Assembly: GCA_963667785.2 (NCBI GenBank)
Contig: CAXXMU010000005.1
Span: forward strand, 256,001-320,000
DNA length: 64,000 bases
Direction: 5' to 3'
From: Alphaproteobacteria bacterium
GTDB taxonomy: Bacteria > Pseudomonadota > Alphaproteobacteria > UBA828
The translations under genes were made by a program, and so were the position numbers. The notes under the pieces are model-generated. The model made no database searches. It was given only the letters and a program-made list of their open reading frames with translations, and was not told where the DNA came from. Shown here in pieces: positions 10,658 to 21,277 of the stretch (the first letter of the stretch is position 1; the number at the start of each line of letters is the position of its first letter).

Positions 10658-11655
10658 GGCGCGCCGCTCCGCACCCCTTGCCCGCACCAGCGCCCCACCC
10701 AGGTACGCACCGGGGCGAGCGCGGGGTGGGCGAGGGCGCTGTCGAGATGCCACCAGACCCGGGGCAGATGGGCGAGGTAGCCGGGCTTGCCGTCCCGCTT
10801 CGCCAGGCGGTGGAAGACACCGATGATGCGCAGGGCGCGCTGAGCGCCGAGGATGGCGTAGGCCGCGCGGAACGCTGCCTCGTCGACGCCGGGCGCCGCA
10901 TCGAGGTAGCGCGCCACCATGGCCGCCTCGAGGCCCGCGCCGAGGTCGCGGCGCGCGTCCTGAAGCAGGGAGACGAGGTCGTAGGCGAGCGGTGCCGCCC
11001 GCGCGTCCTGAAAGTCCAGCAGCCCGACCCGGCGGAGCCCGCGTCCGCTGCAGCCGCCATCGCCTCTCGCGGGCAGCCACATCAGGTTGCCGGCGTGGAA
11101 GTCGCGCAGGGAGAGCGCATGAGGCCCCTCCGCCGCCTCTTCCAGGGGCCCGCGCCAGGCCGCCACGAATTCCGCTGCGGCATCCCCTGTCGTCCCATCG
11201 AGAGCGCTGTCGAGAAAGAGCGCCGCATCGTCGAGCATCCACGCAGGATCGTAGCGCGGAAGGTCGGGCGGCAGCGGCTGCCGGTGGAGATCGACCAGCA
11301 GATCGGTCGCGGCCTCGTAGAGCGTGCGTTCGAGAGTGATCCCGCCTCCACGCGCGAGCAGGGCGGCGAAGCTGTCGTCGCCGAGATCCTCGAGCAGGAC
11401 GAAGCCCTGCTCCGCGTCCGCGGCGAGCACGGCGGGCGCGCTGTAGCCCATGCCGCGCAGCAGGCCGGCGACGCGCAGGAAGGGGCCGGTGGAGGCCTGC
11501 GGCGGCGGATCGTCCATGAGCACGGCCGAGGACTCGCCCCGCGTGAGCCGCTCGTAGCGCCGCGCAGACGCATCGCCGGCGAGCGGGGCGCACGCCGCAT
11601 CGCCCCAGCCTGCCGCCGCGACGAAGGCCCGGCGCCGGCGCGCACGCTCGTTCAC
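10654..11655 (-). CDS. amgK: aminoglycoside-phosphotransferase-family kinase (AmgK-like)
   Basis: LAGDASARRYERL, LLEDLGD, RDFHAGNL, LDFQDA; tsaE-amgK-murU synteny. Confidence 0.85.
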   Translation of the reverse strand: MNERARRRRAFVAAAGWGDAACAPLAGDASARRYERLTRGESSAVLMDDPPPQASTGPFLRVAGLLRGMGYSAPAVLAADAEQGFVLLEDLGDDSFAALLARGGGITLERTLYEAATDLLVDLHRQPLPPDLPRYDPAWMLDDAALFLDSALDGTTGDAAAEFVAAWRGPLEEAAEGPHALSLRDFHAGNLMWLPARGDGGCSGRGLRRVGLLDFQDARAAPLAYDLVSLLQDARRDLGAGLEAAMVARYLDAAPGVDEAAFRAAYAILGAQRALRIIGVFHRLAKRDGKPGYLAHLPRVWWHLDSALAHPALAPVRTWVGRWCGQGVRSGAP

Positions 11656-12041
11656 CGCGCGCGCTCCAGCTTCCCGAGCAGCGCGCGGGCGCGCGGGCCG
11701 CAGGCAACGACGGTGACGCAGCGAGTCTCCGGCGCGTCGCCATGCGCGAGATGCACCTCGAGCCGGTCCGCCGGCATGATGGCGCCGAGCTTCTCCGGCC
11801 ATTCGACGAGCGAGATCGCGTCCGAGAACGCGTCCTCGATGCCGAGCTCCCAGGCATCCTCGGCCGCATCCAGGCGGTAGAGGTCGAAGTGCCAGATCGC
11901 GCCCGCCGCATGTTCGTAGAGTTGCACCAGGGTGAAGGTGGGGCTCGGCACCTCCTCTCCGCTGCGGCCGAGGCGGGCGCGGATGAAGGCGCGCGCGAAG
12001 GTGGTCTTGCCGCTGCCGAGGGGGCCGGCGAGCCCGATCAC
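11652..12041 (-). CDS. tsaE: tRNA threonylcarbamoyladenosine ATPase TsaE (true 5' end probably upstream)
   Basis: GPLGSGKTTF, VPSPTFTLVQLY, HFDLYRL, VEWPE. Confidence 0.92.
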   Translation of the reverse strand: MIGLAGPLGSGKTTFARAFIRARLGRSGEEVPSPTFTLVQLYEHAAGAIWHFDLYRLDAAEDAWELGIEDAFSDAISLVEWPEKLGAIMPADRLEVHLAHGDAPETRCVTVVACGPRARALLGKLERAR

Positions 12042-12171
12042 GTCGCCGCGTGCGACATGTGGGGCGAGGCGCCTGGCCAGCGCCTCCGTGGCGGCCGGCC
12101 CGTCTGCGCGCAGGGCAAGCGACGCGCGCGGCGCGGCTTGCGCGTGGTCTCCGGCGCGGCGCGCCCTATCG

Positions 12172-13467
<1,296 letters not shown>

Positions 13468-13557
13468 TCCCCGGTCCCTGCCTGCCTGCGCACCCGTGCC
13501 GCTCCGTAGCCGGCGCGGCTTTTAGCACCGCCGCCGGAGCCTCACAACAGGGGCGCC

Positions 13558-15372
13558 TCAGGAGCCCTTGGCGAAGCCGTCGACGAGCTTGGCGATGCGG
13601 CCCGCCTCGGACTGGTCCAGCAGCTCGTCCGCATGGCGTGCCGCCGCTTCCGCGTCGAGCGCGAGGATGCGCTGCTTCACGCGCGGCAGATGGGGCGGCG
13701 CCATCGAGAGGTCGCGCAGGCCGAATCCCAGCAGCATGGCGGTGAAGCGGGGATTGCCCGCAAGCTCGCCGCAGAGGTTGACGGGCAGGCGCGCGCGGCG
13801 TGCGGCGTCGGTGGCGAAGCGGATGAGCCGGAGAACGGCCGGATGGAGGGGGTCGTAGAGGTGCGCCACCTGCTCGTCGCCGCGGTCGATCGCGAGCGTG
13901 TACATGGTGAGGTCGTTGGTGCCGAGCGAGAAGTAGTCGCAGGCGCCGGCCAGCGCGTCCGCAGCCAGCGCCGCACCGGGCGTCTCGATCATGATGCCGA
14001 GCGGCGGTTCCGGCTCGATCGGCACCCGCGCCCGGGTCAGGCGGCGGATCGTCTTGTCCACGGCCTTGCGCACGTGCCTGATCTCGTCGACCGAGGTGAT
14101 CATCGGCACCAGGATGCGCACCGGCCCGTGGGCGCCGGCCCGGAGGATCGCGGCGATCTGCGCCTCGAGCAGCGCCGGCGTCTTGAGCGAGAGGCGGACG
14201 GCGCGCAGGCCGAGCGCCGGGTTGACGCTCGGCGTGATGTGCTCGCCGAGGGAGTAGGCGAGCTTGTCGGAGCCCACGTCGAGGGTGCGCACCGTCACCG
14301 GCGCGCCCGCCATGCCGTCGACGATGTCCTTCAGCGCGACATACTGCTCGTCCTCGCTCGGCGGCTCGTCGCGGTTCATGTAGAGGAACTCGCTGCGCAG
14401 GAGCCCGATGCCCTCGGCGCCGGCCTCCTGGGCCAGCGCCAGCTCGTTGGGCAGCTCGATGTTGCACTGCAGCGTCACGCGCGCACCGTCCTGCGAGACG
14501 GCCGCCACTTGGCGCAGCCGGGCGAGCTGGCGCTCGCGCCGCTCCAGCGCCCGGCGGCGGCGTTCCAGCCGGGCGATCGTCGCCTCCTCGGGGTTGACCA
14601 CGAGCCCGCCGCGCACGCCGTCCACCGCCACGATGTCGCCGGAGCGCACCGCGCCCTTGAGCCCGGCGACGCCGAGCACCGCCGGCAGGCCCAGCGAGCG
14701 CGCCATGATCGCGGTATGCCCCTCGGCCCCGCCGAGCGCCGCGGCGAAGCCGCCGACGCGGGCCGGGTCCATCAGCGCGGTATCGGCCGGCGTGATCTCC
14801 TCGGCGATGACGATGGTGCCCGGCGGCACGCCGGAGAACGCCTGGTAGCCGGCGCGGGTGAGGTTGCGCACCAGCCGGGCGCTCGCCTCCCGCACGTCGT
14901 CGATCTTGCCGGCGAGGTAGGCATCCTCCATCCCGGCGAAGGCCTGCGCGATCTCCGAGAGCTGCACCTGCACCGCCGCCTCCGCGTTGATGCGGGCATC
15001 GCGGATGCGGGCCTCCACGCCGCGCACGAGGCGCGAGCCGGAGAGCATCAGGAGGTGTGCGTCGAGCAGATAGCGCAACTGGCCCGCGACCTCCTCCGGC
15101 AGCGTCTCGGCCTTGGCCTGCAGGCCGTGGATCTGGGACACGGAGAGGGTGACGGCTTCGCGGAAGCGCGCGATCTCGGCGTCGACCGCATCCGCCTCGA
15201 TGCGGTATTCGGGCACGTCGATGAGGCCGCGCTCGACGACATGTGCCGGCCCTACGGCGATTCCGGCGGATACGCCGAGCCCGGTGAAGTGCCGCTCGGG
15301 CTGGCGGGGCGGCTCCCCGGCCGGGGCCTCTGCGGCGGCAGAGCCCGCCTCAGTCTTCATCGAAGCCGCCAT
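13558..15372 (-). CDS. ptsI: PEP-protein phosphotransferase Enzyme I (no GAF domain)
   Basis: GHTAIMARS phospho-His, GIGLLRSEFL, NPALGLRAVR, GTNDLTMY. Confidence 0.93.
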   Translation of the reverse strand: MAASMKTEAGSAAAEAPAGEPPRQPERHFTGLGVSAGIAVGPAHVVERGLIDVPEYRIEADAVDAEIARFREAVTLSVSQIHGLQAKAETLPEEVAGQLRYLLDAHLLMLSGSRLVRGVEARIRDARINAEAAVQVQLSEIAQAFAGMEDAYLAGKIDDVREASARLVRNLTRAGYQAFSGVPPGTIVIAEEITPADTALMDPARVGGFAAALGGAEGHTAIMARSLGLPAVLGVAGLKGAVRSGDIVAVDGVRGGLVVNPEEATIARLERRRRALERRERQLARLRQVAAVSQDGARVTLQCNIELPNELALAQEAGAEGIGLLRSEFLYMNRDEPPSEDEQYVALKDIVDGMAGAPVTVRTLDVGSDKLAYSLGEHITPSVNPALGLRAVRLSLKTPALLEAQIAAILRAGAHGPVRILVPMITSVDEIRHVRKAVDKTIRRLTRARVPIEPEPPLGIMIETPGAALAADALAGACDYFSLGTNDLTMYTLAIDRGDEQVAHLYDPLHPAVLRLIRFATDAARRARLPVNLCGELAGNPRFTAMLLGFGLRDLSMAPPHLPRVKQRILALDAEAAARHADELLDQSEAGRIAKLVDGFAKGS

Positions 15373-15649
15373 TTACCAGCCCGGCGAGCGCCGCCAGCGC
15401 GGCGGCTGCCGCCGGCCCCCTGGTCTCGATCTCGATCTCGCTGCCCGGCTTCGCCGCCAGCATCATCAGCCCCAGGATCGAAAGCCCGGAAACCCGTGTT
15501 CCGTTGCAGGAGACGGCGACATCGGCATCGAAGCGCGCGGCGGTCTCCACAAAGCGGGCGGCGGCGCGCGCGTGCAGCCCGCGCCGGTTGCCGATCAGGC
15601 AGGTGCGGCGGTGGCTCTCCGCGCCGGGTCGGGACGCCGCCTCGCTCAC
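15350..15649 (-). CDS. ptsH: phosphocarrier protein HPr/NPr
   Basis: NRRGLHARAAARFV and SILGLMMLAA motifs. Confidence 0.93.
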   Translation of the reverse strand: MSEAASRPGAESHRRTCLIGNRRGLHARAAARFVETAARFDADVAVSCNGTRVSGLSILGLMMLAAKPGSEIEIETRGPAAAAALAALAGLVNGGFDED

Positions 15650-16053
15650 GCCTTGCCGCCCTCGAGCAGCTGGCCGGCGACATGGATATGGGCACGGCCC
15701 GCCTCCTCCGCGCTGGCGACGGCGCTCCGCAGGTCGCTGTCCGCCCGCACGCTGGCGAGCTTGATCAGCATCGGCAGGTTCACGCCGGCGATCACCTCGA
15801 CCTTCGCCTTGTCCATGATCGAGATTGCGAGGTTGGACGGCGTGCCGCCGAACATGTCGGTCAGCACGATCACGCCCTGGCCCTCGTCGGTGGCGCCGAC
15901 GGCATCGAGAATCTCCTGGCGGCGCTGCTCCATGTCGTCGTCGGGGCCGATGCAGATGGCCCGCGTGGCGCGCTGGGGGCCGACGACGTGCTCGGTCGCC
16001 GCGATGAACTCCTCGGCGAGCCGGCCGTGGGTGACAAGCACGAGTCCGATCAT
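15646..16053 (-). CDS. PTS EIIA, mannose/fructose family (ManX-like)
   Basis: MIGLVLVTHG, LTDMFGGTPSN, AGVNLPML. Confidence 0.93.
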   Translation of the reverse strand: MIGLVLVTHGRLAEEFIAATEHVVGPQRATRAICIGPDDDMEQRRQEILDAVGATDEGQGVIVLTDMFGGTPSNLAISIMDKAKVEVIAGVNLPMLIKLASVRADSDLRSAVASAEEAGRAHIHVAGQLLEGGKA

Positions 16054-16057
16054 CGTC

Positions 16058-16993
16058 TCACCCCGCTGCCTGCTTCGCCGGCTCGTCGGCGCCCATGTCG
16101 GTGTCGGTGTCGCCGTCGAGGTCGCGGTGGCGCACCGACACCGTCCATCTCCCCTCATCAAGCGCTTCGGCCAGATGCTCCGCCACGGCGACGGAGCGGT
16201 GCCGCCCGCCCGTGCATCCCACAGCGACCGTGAGATAGGACCGGCCATCCCGCTCGAAGGCCGGCAGAAGCGGCCGCAGCAGCGCCACGATGCCGTCGAC
16301 GAAAGTGTGATAGGCCGGGTCTTCCCGCACCCGGCCGGCGACCTCGGGGTCGAGCCCGGTGAGCGGCCTCAGCGCCGGCTCGTGGTGCGGATTGGCCATG
16401 AAGCGCACGTCGAACACGAAGTCGGCCTCCGCTGGCACGCCGTGCCGGAAGGCGAAGGAAACGACGAAGATCGCCGGCGCCTGCCCTGCTCCGGGCCGGA
16501 AGCGGTCGGCAACGATGCGGCGGAGATCGCGGACCGAGAGCGCGCTCGTGTCGATGGCGAGATCCGCCCGTTCGCGGAGCCGGCCGAGCAGGGCGCGCTC
16601 GCGCCGGATGCCGTCCTCGACCGGCCGGTCGTGGGCGAGCGGATGGCGGCGCCGGGTTTCGCTGAAGCGCCGGCGCAGGACCTCGGTCTCGCAGTCGAGG
16701 AAGAGGAGCGCGAGGCCGGCTGGCCCGCTCCGGCCGGGAGCGGGCTCCAGGTGGCGCTCGATGTGGGCGGGGTCGAAGCCCCGGGTGCGCGAATCGATTC
16801 CGAGCGCGAGCGCCCCCTGGCGCTCGCCGTCGCCGCGCGCCTCGATCAGCTCCGGCAGCAGCGAGAGCGGCAGGTTGTCGATCGCCTCAAAGCCCAGATC
16901 CTCCAGGATCTTGAGCGCCGTCGACTTGCCGGCGCCGGACATGCCCGTCACCAGCACCAGGGTGCGCTCGCCGGGGCCTGCCGCGCCCATCAC
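16058..16993 (-). CDS. rapZ: RNase adapter RapZ
   Basis: VTGMSGAGKS, IDNLP, RRFSETRRRHPL, GCTGGRHRSV. Confidence 0.95.
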   Translation of the reverse strand: MMGAAGPGERTLVLVTGMSGAGKSTALKILEDLGFEAIDNLPLSLLPELIEARGDGERQGALALGIDSRTRGFDPAHIERHLEPAPGRSGPAGLALLFLDCETEVLRRRFSETRRRHPLAHDRPVEDGIRRERALLGRLRERADLAIDTSALSVRDLRRIVADRFRPGAGQAPAIFVVSFAFRHGVPAEADFVFDVRFMANPHHEPALRPLTGLDPEVAGRVREDPAYHTFVDGIVALLRPLLPAFERDGRSYLTVAVGCTGGRHRSVAVAEHLAEALDEGRWTVSVRHRDLDGDTDTDMGADEPAKQAAG

Positions 16994-17439
16994 CCGGCCG
17001 ATTCCGCCCTCTGCGCCCGCGCCTCACCCGCGGCCTGCGCGAGCGCGAGCCTGACCTTCGCCGGCGCCGAGGCTTCGAAGGGCGCAAGGGCTGCGCGCGC
17101 GAGCCGGTGGCCGCAGAGATCGGCGGTCGCGGGCTCGGGCATGCGCGCGACCGCGTCCCGCGGGGCGAGGTCCACCACGAGGTGGACCGGGCATTCGGCC
17201 AGGTATTCCACCCTGACGATGCCGACCCCGCGCACCTCGAGCAGCCCGGCGATGGTGGCGGGCGGGGCTGCGAGAAGCCTCCCGCCGTCACTGCTCAGCG
17301 CCACCTGATCGTCCGCGACCAGCACAGCACCGGCCTCGATGAGGCGGAGCGCGAGATCGGACTTGCCGGCGCCGGGGGCGCCGCGCAGGAGCACGCCCCT
17401 GCCGCCGAGGGCGACGCAGCTCGCATGGACCAGGACCAT
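16990..17439 (-). CDS. hprK: short HPr kinase/phosphorylase (C-terminal domain type)
   Basis: VHASCV..GVLLRGAPGAGKSDLAL, LVADD, LEVRGVGI. Confidence 0.88.
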   Translation of the reverse strand: MVLVHASCVALGGRGVLLRGAPGAGKSDLALRLIEAGAVLVADDQVALSSDGGRLLAAPPATIAGLLEVRGVGIVRVEYLAECPVHLVVDLAPRDAVARMPEPATADLCGHRLARAALAPFEASAPAKVRLALAQAAGEARAQRAESAG

Positions 17440-17507
17440 GGGGTGACGGTGGGGCGCGCCCGCGCACCTGTCAATCGGACGGTCGCCGCCGGGCGGGCGG
17501 GAGCGGC

Positions 17508-17972
17508 TCACGTCCGTGCGGCGCCGGCGGCCGCGGTGAGCACGGCATAGAGCGCCTCCGCGCTGTCGGCGCCCCGCAGGCGGGCGCACGCGCGCTCGTC
17601 CCGCAGCAGGCGGGAGACTAGCGCCAGCGCCTTGAGATGGTCGGCGCCCGCCGTGTCGGGCGCGAGCAGCAAGAAGACGAGATCCACCGGCCGTTCGTCG
17701 ATCGCGTCGAAGGCGATGGGCTCGCGCAGGCGGGCGAACACCGCCGAGACCTGTTCCAGGCCGGCGAGCTTGCCGTGCGGGATCGCGACGCCCGCGCCGA
17801 CCCCGGTGGAGCCCAGGCGCTCGCGCGCGAGCAGGATGTCGAGGATGGCCCGCTCGTCCCGTCCCGTCTGCGTCGCTGCGATGGCGGCAAGCTCCTGCAG
17901 GGCCTGCTTCTTGCTGCCGGCTCGGAGGCCGTCCACGACGTCGCCGAGCGACAGCAGATCCGCGATCTCCAT
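17508..17972 (-). CDS. ptsN: PTS EIIA nitrogen regulatory protein
   Basis: SKKQALQELA, RERLGSTGVG.GVAIPHG, HLKALA. Confidence 0.95.
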   Translation of the reverse strand: MEIADLLSLGDVVDGLRAGSKKQALQELAAIAATQTGRDERAILDILLARERLGSTGVGAGVAIPHGKLAGLEQVSAVFARLREPIAFDAIDERPVDLVFLLLAPDTAGADHLKALALVSRLLRDERACARLRGADSAEALYAVLTAAAGAART

Positions 17973-18053
17973 TACCCGGCCGCTTCCCTTGTCGCCATCG
18001 GCTGCAGCGCGCGGTCGCGGATGGCGGCGGCCGGCAGCCGGCCGCGCCGCCGC

Positions 18054-18410
18054 TCAGTCGGCAGGTTCCAGCGGAGCCGCGGCGTCGTCCGCGGCCCTCG
18101 CTCCGCGCGGGCTCTTGTGATGGTCGCGCAGCTTGCGCTTGTGCCGTCGCATGCGCTTCTCGAGCCGCTCGGCGGCGATGCTGAAGCTCGCCGTCATGTC
18201 GGCCGCGGACGCGTGGCTCTGAAACCTGATCCCGTGGCCGACGTGGATCATGAGATCGGTCTCGATCATCTGCGCCACCTTGACGAACACCGCCTGCGCG
18301 TCGATGGCGGTGGCGAAGAACTTTCCGGCCGAGGTCTCGAGGCGCCGCGTGACCTGGTCGCGGAAATGATCGTTGACGCTGACGTGCCGTCCGGTGATGG
18401 CGATCTGCAT
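18054..18410 (-). CDS. hpf: ribosome hibernation factor HPF/RaiA (short form)
   Basis: MQIAITGRHV...AAERLEKRMRRHKRKLRDHH. Confidence 0.88.
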   Translation of the reverse strand: MQIAITGRHVSVNDHFRDQVTRRLETSAGKFFATAIDAQAVFVKVAQMIETDLMIHVGHGIRFQSHASAADMTASFSIAAERLEKRMRRHKRKLRDHHKSPRGARAADDAAAPLEPAD

Positions 18411-18503
18411 TCGTGCCCTCGCGGTCTCGCTTCTGCGACGGATTATAGGCGACCCGGGCCGGAGCCGGGAAGCACGGTCGGACGCCGAGCGGGGGGATGA
18501 CGG

Positions 18504-18575
18504 TGCCGCCGGGAAGAATTGAACTTCCGACCCCTCCCTTACCAAGGGAGTGCTCTACCCCTGAGCTACGGCGGC
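18504..18575 (-). tRNA. tRNA-Thr(GGT)
   Basis: GCCGCCGTAGCTCAGGGGTAGAGCA CTCCC TTGGTAA GGGAG GGGTCGGAAGTTCAATTCTTCCCGGCGGCA; CCA not encoded. Confidence 0.95.
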
Positions 18576-18663
18576 GCGGGCGCGAACTTGCCACAGCGAA
18601 AGCCCGCCGGCAACGGGCCGATGCGGCGCTCACGGGCGAGCGGCACGTCCCGTCGATAGGGCC

Positions 18664-18722
18664 TTGACCGCCCGCGATCCCTGACTATATTGCACTGCAG
18701 CATGATGCTGCGCTGCAATATA
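18664..18722 (+). promoter_or_regulatory. sigma70-type promoter overlapped by a palindromic PhaR-type operator
   Basis: TTGACC (18664) then TATATT, overlapped by the 37-bp inverted repeat TATATTGCACTGCAGCAT-G-ATGCTGCGCTGCAATATA upstream of a phasin. Confidence 0.7.
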
Positions 18723-18819
18723 CGAGGCCGTATGCGAGCCGCGTGACGGATTGTTTGACGGGCCGTCACAGGGCGGCGCTGGCATCCCCGAACGACTGCG
18801 AAACCGAAGGGTGAGAGAA

Positions 18820-19236
18820 ATGACCACCAAGTCCGACACCACCAGCAAGGCCGGCGCGTCCGGCCCCAAGTCCCCCTGGAACGGCGCGTCCGCGCTCGAG
18901 ACCATCGCCGAGGAAAGCCGCGCGAACTTCGACAGCGTCGCGGCCGCGTCGGCGATCGCCGCGCAGGGCTACGGCGCGATCGGCAGCGCCTGGTTCGACT
19001 TCGCCAAGGAGGCCATGGCGGCCCAGGCCGGCGCGGCAGAGGCGCTCATGGGCGCCCGCAGCTGGGCCGAGCTCAGCGAGGCCCAGGCCGGGCAGGCGAA
19101 GGACGCGCTCGACCGCACCGTGGCCGCCGGCAACCGGATCGCCGACATGACGGTCAAGACCACCGGCGAGGCGATGGCGCCGATCCGCGCGCGGGCGGAA
19201 GAGCTCGCCCAGCGCTACGGCACGCCCGCCGTCTAG
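18820..19236 (+). CDS. phaP: phasin (PHA granule protein)
   Basis: Ala-rich helical Phasin_2-like pattern (LMGARSWAELSEAQ...EAMAPIRAR); TGC-rich operator upstream. Confidence 0.8.
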   Translation: MTTKSDTTSKAGASGPKSPWNGASALETIAEESRANFDSVAAASAIAAQGYGAIGSAWFDFAKEAMAAQAGAAEALMGARSWAELSEAQAGQAKDALDRTVAAGNRIADMTVKTTGEAMAPIRARAEELAQRYGTPAV

Positions 19237-19258
19237 CACCTCCTGCGATTGCGGCGGC

Positions 19259-19290
19259 AAGGGCCCGGAGCCGGTCGGTTCCGGGCCCTT
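19259..19290. terminator. bidirectional intrinsic terminator
   Basis: AAGGGCCCGGA...TCCGGGCCCTT hairpin between convergent phaP and purN. Confidence 0.75.
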
Positions 19291-19293
19291 GTC

Positions 19294-19956
19294 TCATGGA
19301 TCGCCTGTGCCCGGTGCCGGGTTGACGAGGGCGCCGGCGGGTGCGGGAGCAGCGACGACGCAGCGCTCGCCCGCGACCGAGACACGGCCCTCGGCGACGA
19401 GCCGGACGGCGAGCGGCAGGCAGCGGTGCTCCTCGCGCAGCACGCGGGCGGCGAGGCTCTCCGCCGTGTCGTCGGCCAGCACCGGGACCGCCGCCTGGAC
19501 GATGATCGGCCCGTCGTCGACCTCGGCGCGCACGAAGTGGACCGTGCAGCCGGCGAGGCGGACTCCCGCCGCGATCGCCCTGGCGTGCGTGTCCAGCCCC
19601 TTGAAGGCGGGGAGCAGCGAGGGGTGGATGTTGATCAGCCGGTCGCGCCAGCGCTCGACGAAGTCCGCCGTCAGCACCCGCATGAAGCCGGCGAGAACGA
19701 CCAGCTCGACGCCTTCGGCCTCCAGCGCCTCGCTCAACGCCTGCTCGAAGGCGGCGCGGGAGCCGTAACCGCGGTGGTCGATGACGCGGTGGGGAAGGTC
19801 CGCGCGCGCGGCGCGGGAGAGGCCGAACGCATCGGCCCGGTTGGCGAGCACCAGTGCGATCTCGCTCGCGGCGTCGGCACGGGCGCAGTCGTCGATGAGG
19901 GCCTGAAGATTGGTGCCGCTTCCCGAGATCAGGACGCCCACCCTCAGCCGTGCCAT
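19294..19956 (-). CDS. purN: phosphoribosylglycinamide formyltransferase
   Basis: VLISGSGTNLQAL, LAGFMRVL, INIHPSLLP, GCTVHFV..VDDGPII. Confidence 0.96.
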   Translation of the reverse strand: MARLRVGVLISGSGTNLQALIDDCARADAASEIALVLANRADAFGLSRAARADLPHRVIDHRGYGSRAAFEQALSEALEAEGVELVVLAGFMRVLTADFVERWRDRLINIHPSLLPAFKGLDTHARAIAAGVRLAGCTVHFVRAEVDDGPIIVQAAVPVLADDTAESLAARVLREEHRCLPLAVRLVAEGRVSVAGERCVVAAPAPAGALVNPAPGTGDP

Positions 19957-20079
19957 GTCGTCCCCCCGCCGTCGCCGGCCGCCGCCGGTCGCCTTGCCCC
20001 GGACCCCATGATACCCTGCGGGCGGGCTTTCCGCCGTCGCCGGCTGCAGCCCGTTCGACCGCACCGCAGGGCCGGACCC

Positions 20080-21267
20080 ATGGGTGGCTCGCCTCGCCTC
20101 GCCAGCACCGCCCGCCGCATCGCGTGCGCCTGTGCGCTGGCGCTGCTGCTCGCCGGCGGCGCGGCGCGGGCCGACTCGGTATTCGCCGTCGCGAACGTTC
20201 CCGTCGACGCCGAGGCGGCCTCGTCGGCGGAGGCCCGCGAGCTCGCTATCGCCGCCGGCCAGCGCGCGGCGCTGGAGACCCTGCTGCGCCGCCTCACCGT
20301 GGAGGGCACGCCGCTGCCCGGGCCTGAGCCCGATGCCATTGCGGCGATGATCGCGGGATTCTCCATCGACCGCGAGCTGGTCTCGGACACCCGCTACCGC
20401 GCGTCGCTGACGGTGGACTTCGATCCGCCGGCGGTGCGCGATCTGCTGCGGGAGAGCGGGATCGCCTACGCCGAGACGGTGAGCAAGCCGGTGCTGGTGG
20501 TGGCGGTCCAGCGCGGCCCCGGCGGGGCCCTGCTGTGGGACGAGGGCAATCGCTGGCGCCGGGTGTGGGAGGAGCGGCCCCCTCATGGCGGCCTGGTGCC
20601 GCTGCTGCTGCCGCTCGGCGACGTCATCGATCTCGGCACCATCGACGCCGCGCGGGCGCTGGAAGCGGAGGCGGACGCGCTTGCGGCGCTCGCCGGCCTC
20701 TACGGCACCGCCGAGGCGGTGGTCGCGGTCGCCGGGCTCTCCGGAACCGCCGCCGTCGCCAAGCCCGCCGCGCCTGCCGCGCACGCCACACCCGACCCGG
20801 ACAGTGCCGACGCCGAGGCCTCGGCCACCGGCCGCGCGCTCACGCTCTCGCTCCGCCGCAGCGCCGCCGGCGACCGGCGGGTCGTCGAGCGGACGCTGAT
20901 CGGCCGCGAGGGCGAGAGCGAGCGGGCGCTGCTGGAGCGCGGCGCGGCGTGGATCGTCGCCATGCTGGAGGACGACTGGAAGGCCGCCAACCTTATCCGC
21001 TACGACGAGCAGCGCGCCCTCCGGGTGAGGGCTCCCATCGCGGGTCTCGCCGAGTGGGTCTCGATCCAGCGGCGACTGGCGGGGCTCGCCACGGTCGCCT
21101 CGGTCGAGATCGAGCAGCTCTCGCGCAGCGAAGGGCGGCTCATGCTCCGCTACCACGGCACCGCCGATCAGCTCCGCCTCGCCCTCGACCAGGCCGATCT
21201 CGTGCTCGCGCGTGCGGAGGACGGCTGGGCGCTGCACCTCCGCAGTGCCGCCGCCGCGGGCGATTGA
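20080..21267 (+). CDS. DUF2066 domain exported protein
   Basis: Signal peptide, VFAVANVPVDAEA..AREL, YRASLTVDFDP; typical purN-hdaA neighbourhood. Confidence 0.8.
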   Translation: MGGSPRLASTARRIACACALALLLAGGAARADSVFAVANVPVDAEAASSAEARELAIAAGQRAALETLLRRLTVEGTPLPGPEPDAIAAMIAGFSIDRELVSDTRYRASLTVDFDPPAVRDLLRESGIAYAETVSKPVLVVAVQRGPGGALLWDEGNRWRRVWEERPPHGGLVPLLLPLGDVIDLGTIDAARALEAEADALAALAGLYGTAEAVVAVAGLSGTAAVAKPAAPAAHATPDPDSADAEASATGRALTLSLRRSAAGDRRVVERTLIGREGESERALLERGAAWIVAMLEDDWKAANLIRYDEQRALRVRAPIAGLAEWVSIQRRLAGLATVASVEIEQLSRSEGRLMLRYHGTADQLRLALDQADLVLARAEDGWALHLRSAAAAGD

Positions 21268-21277
21268 GGGGCGGGCC

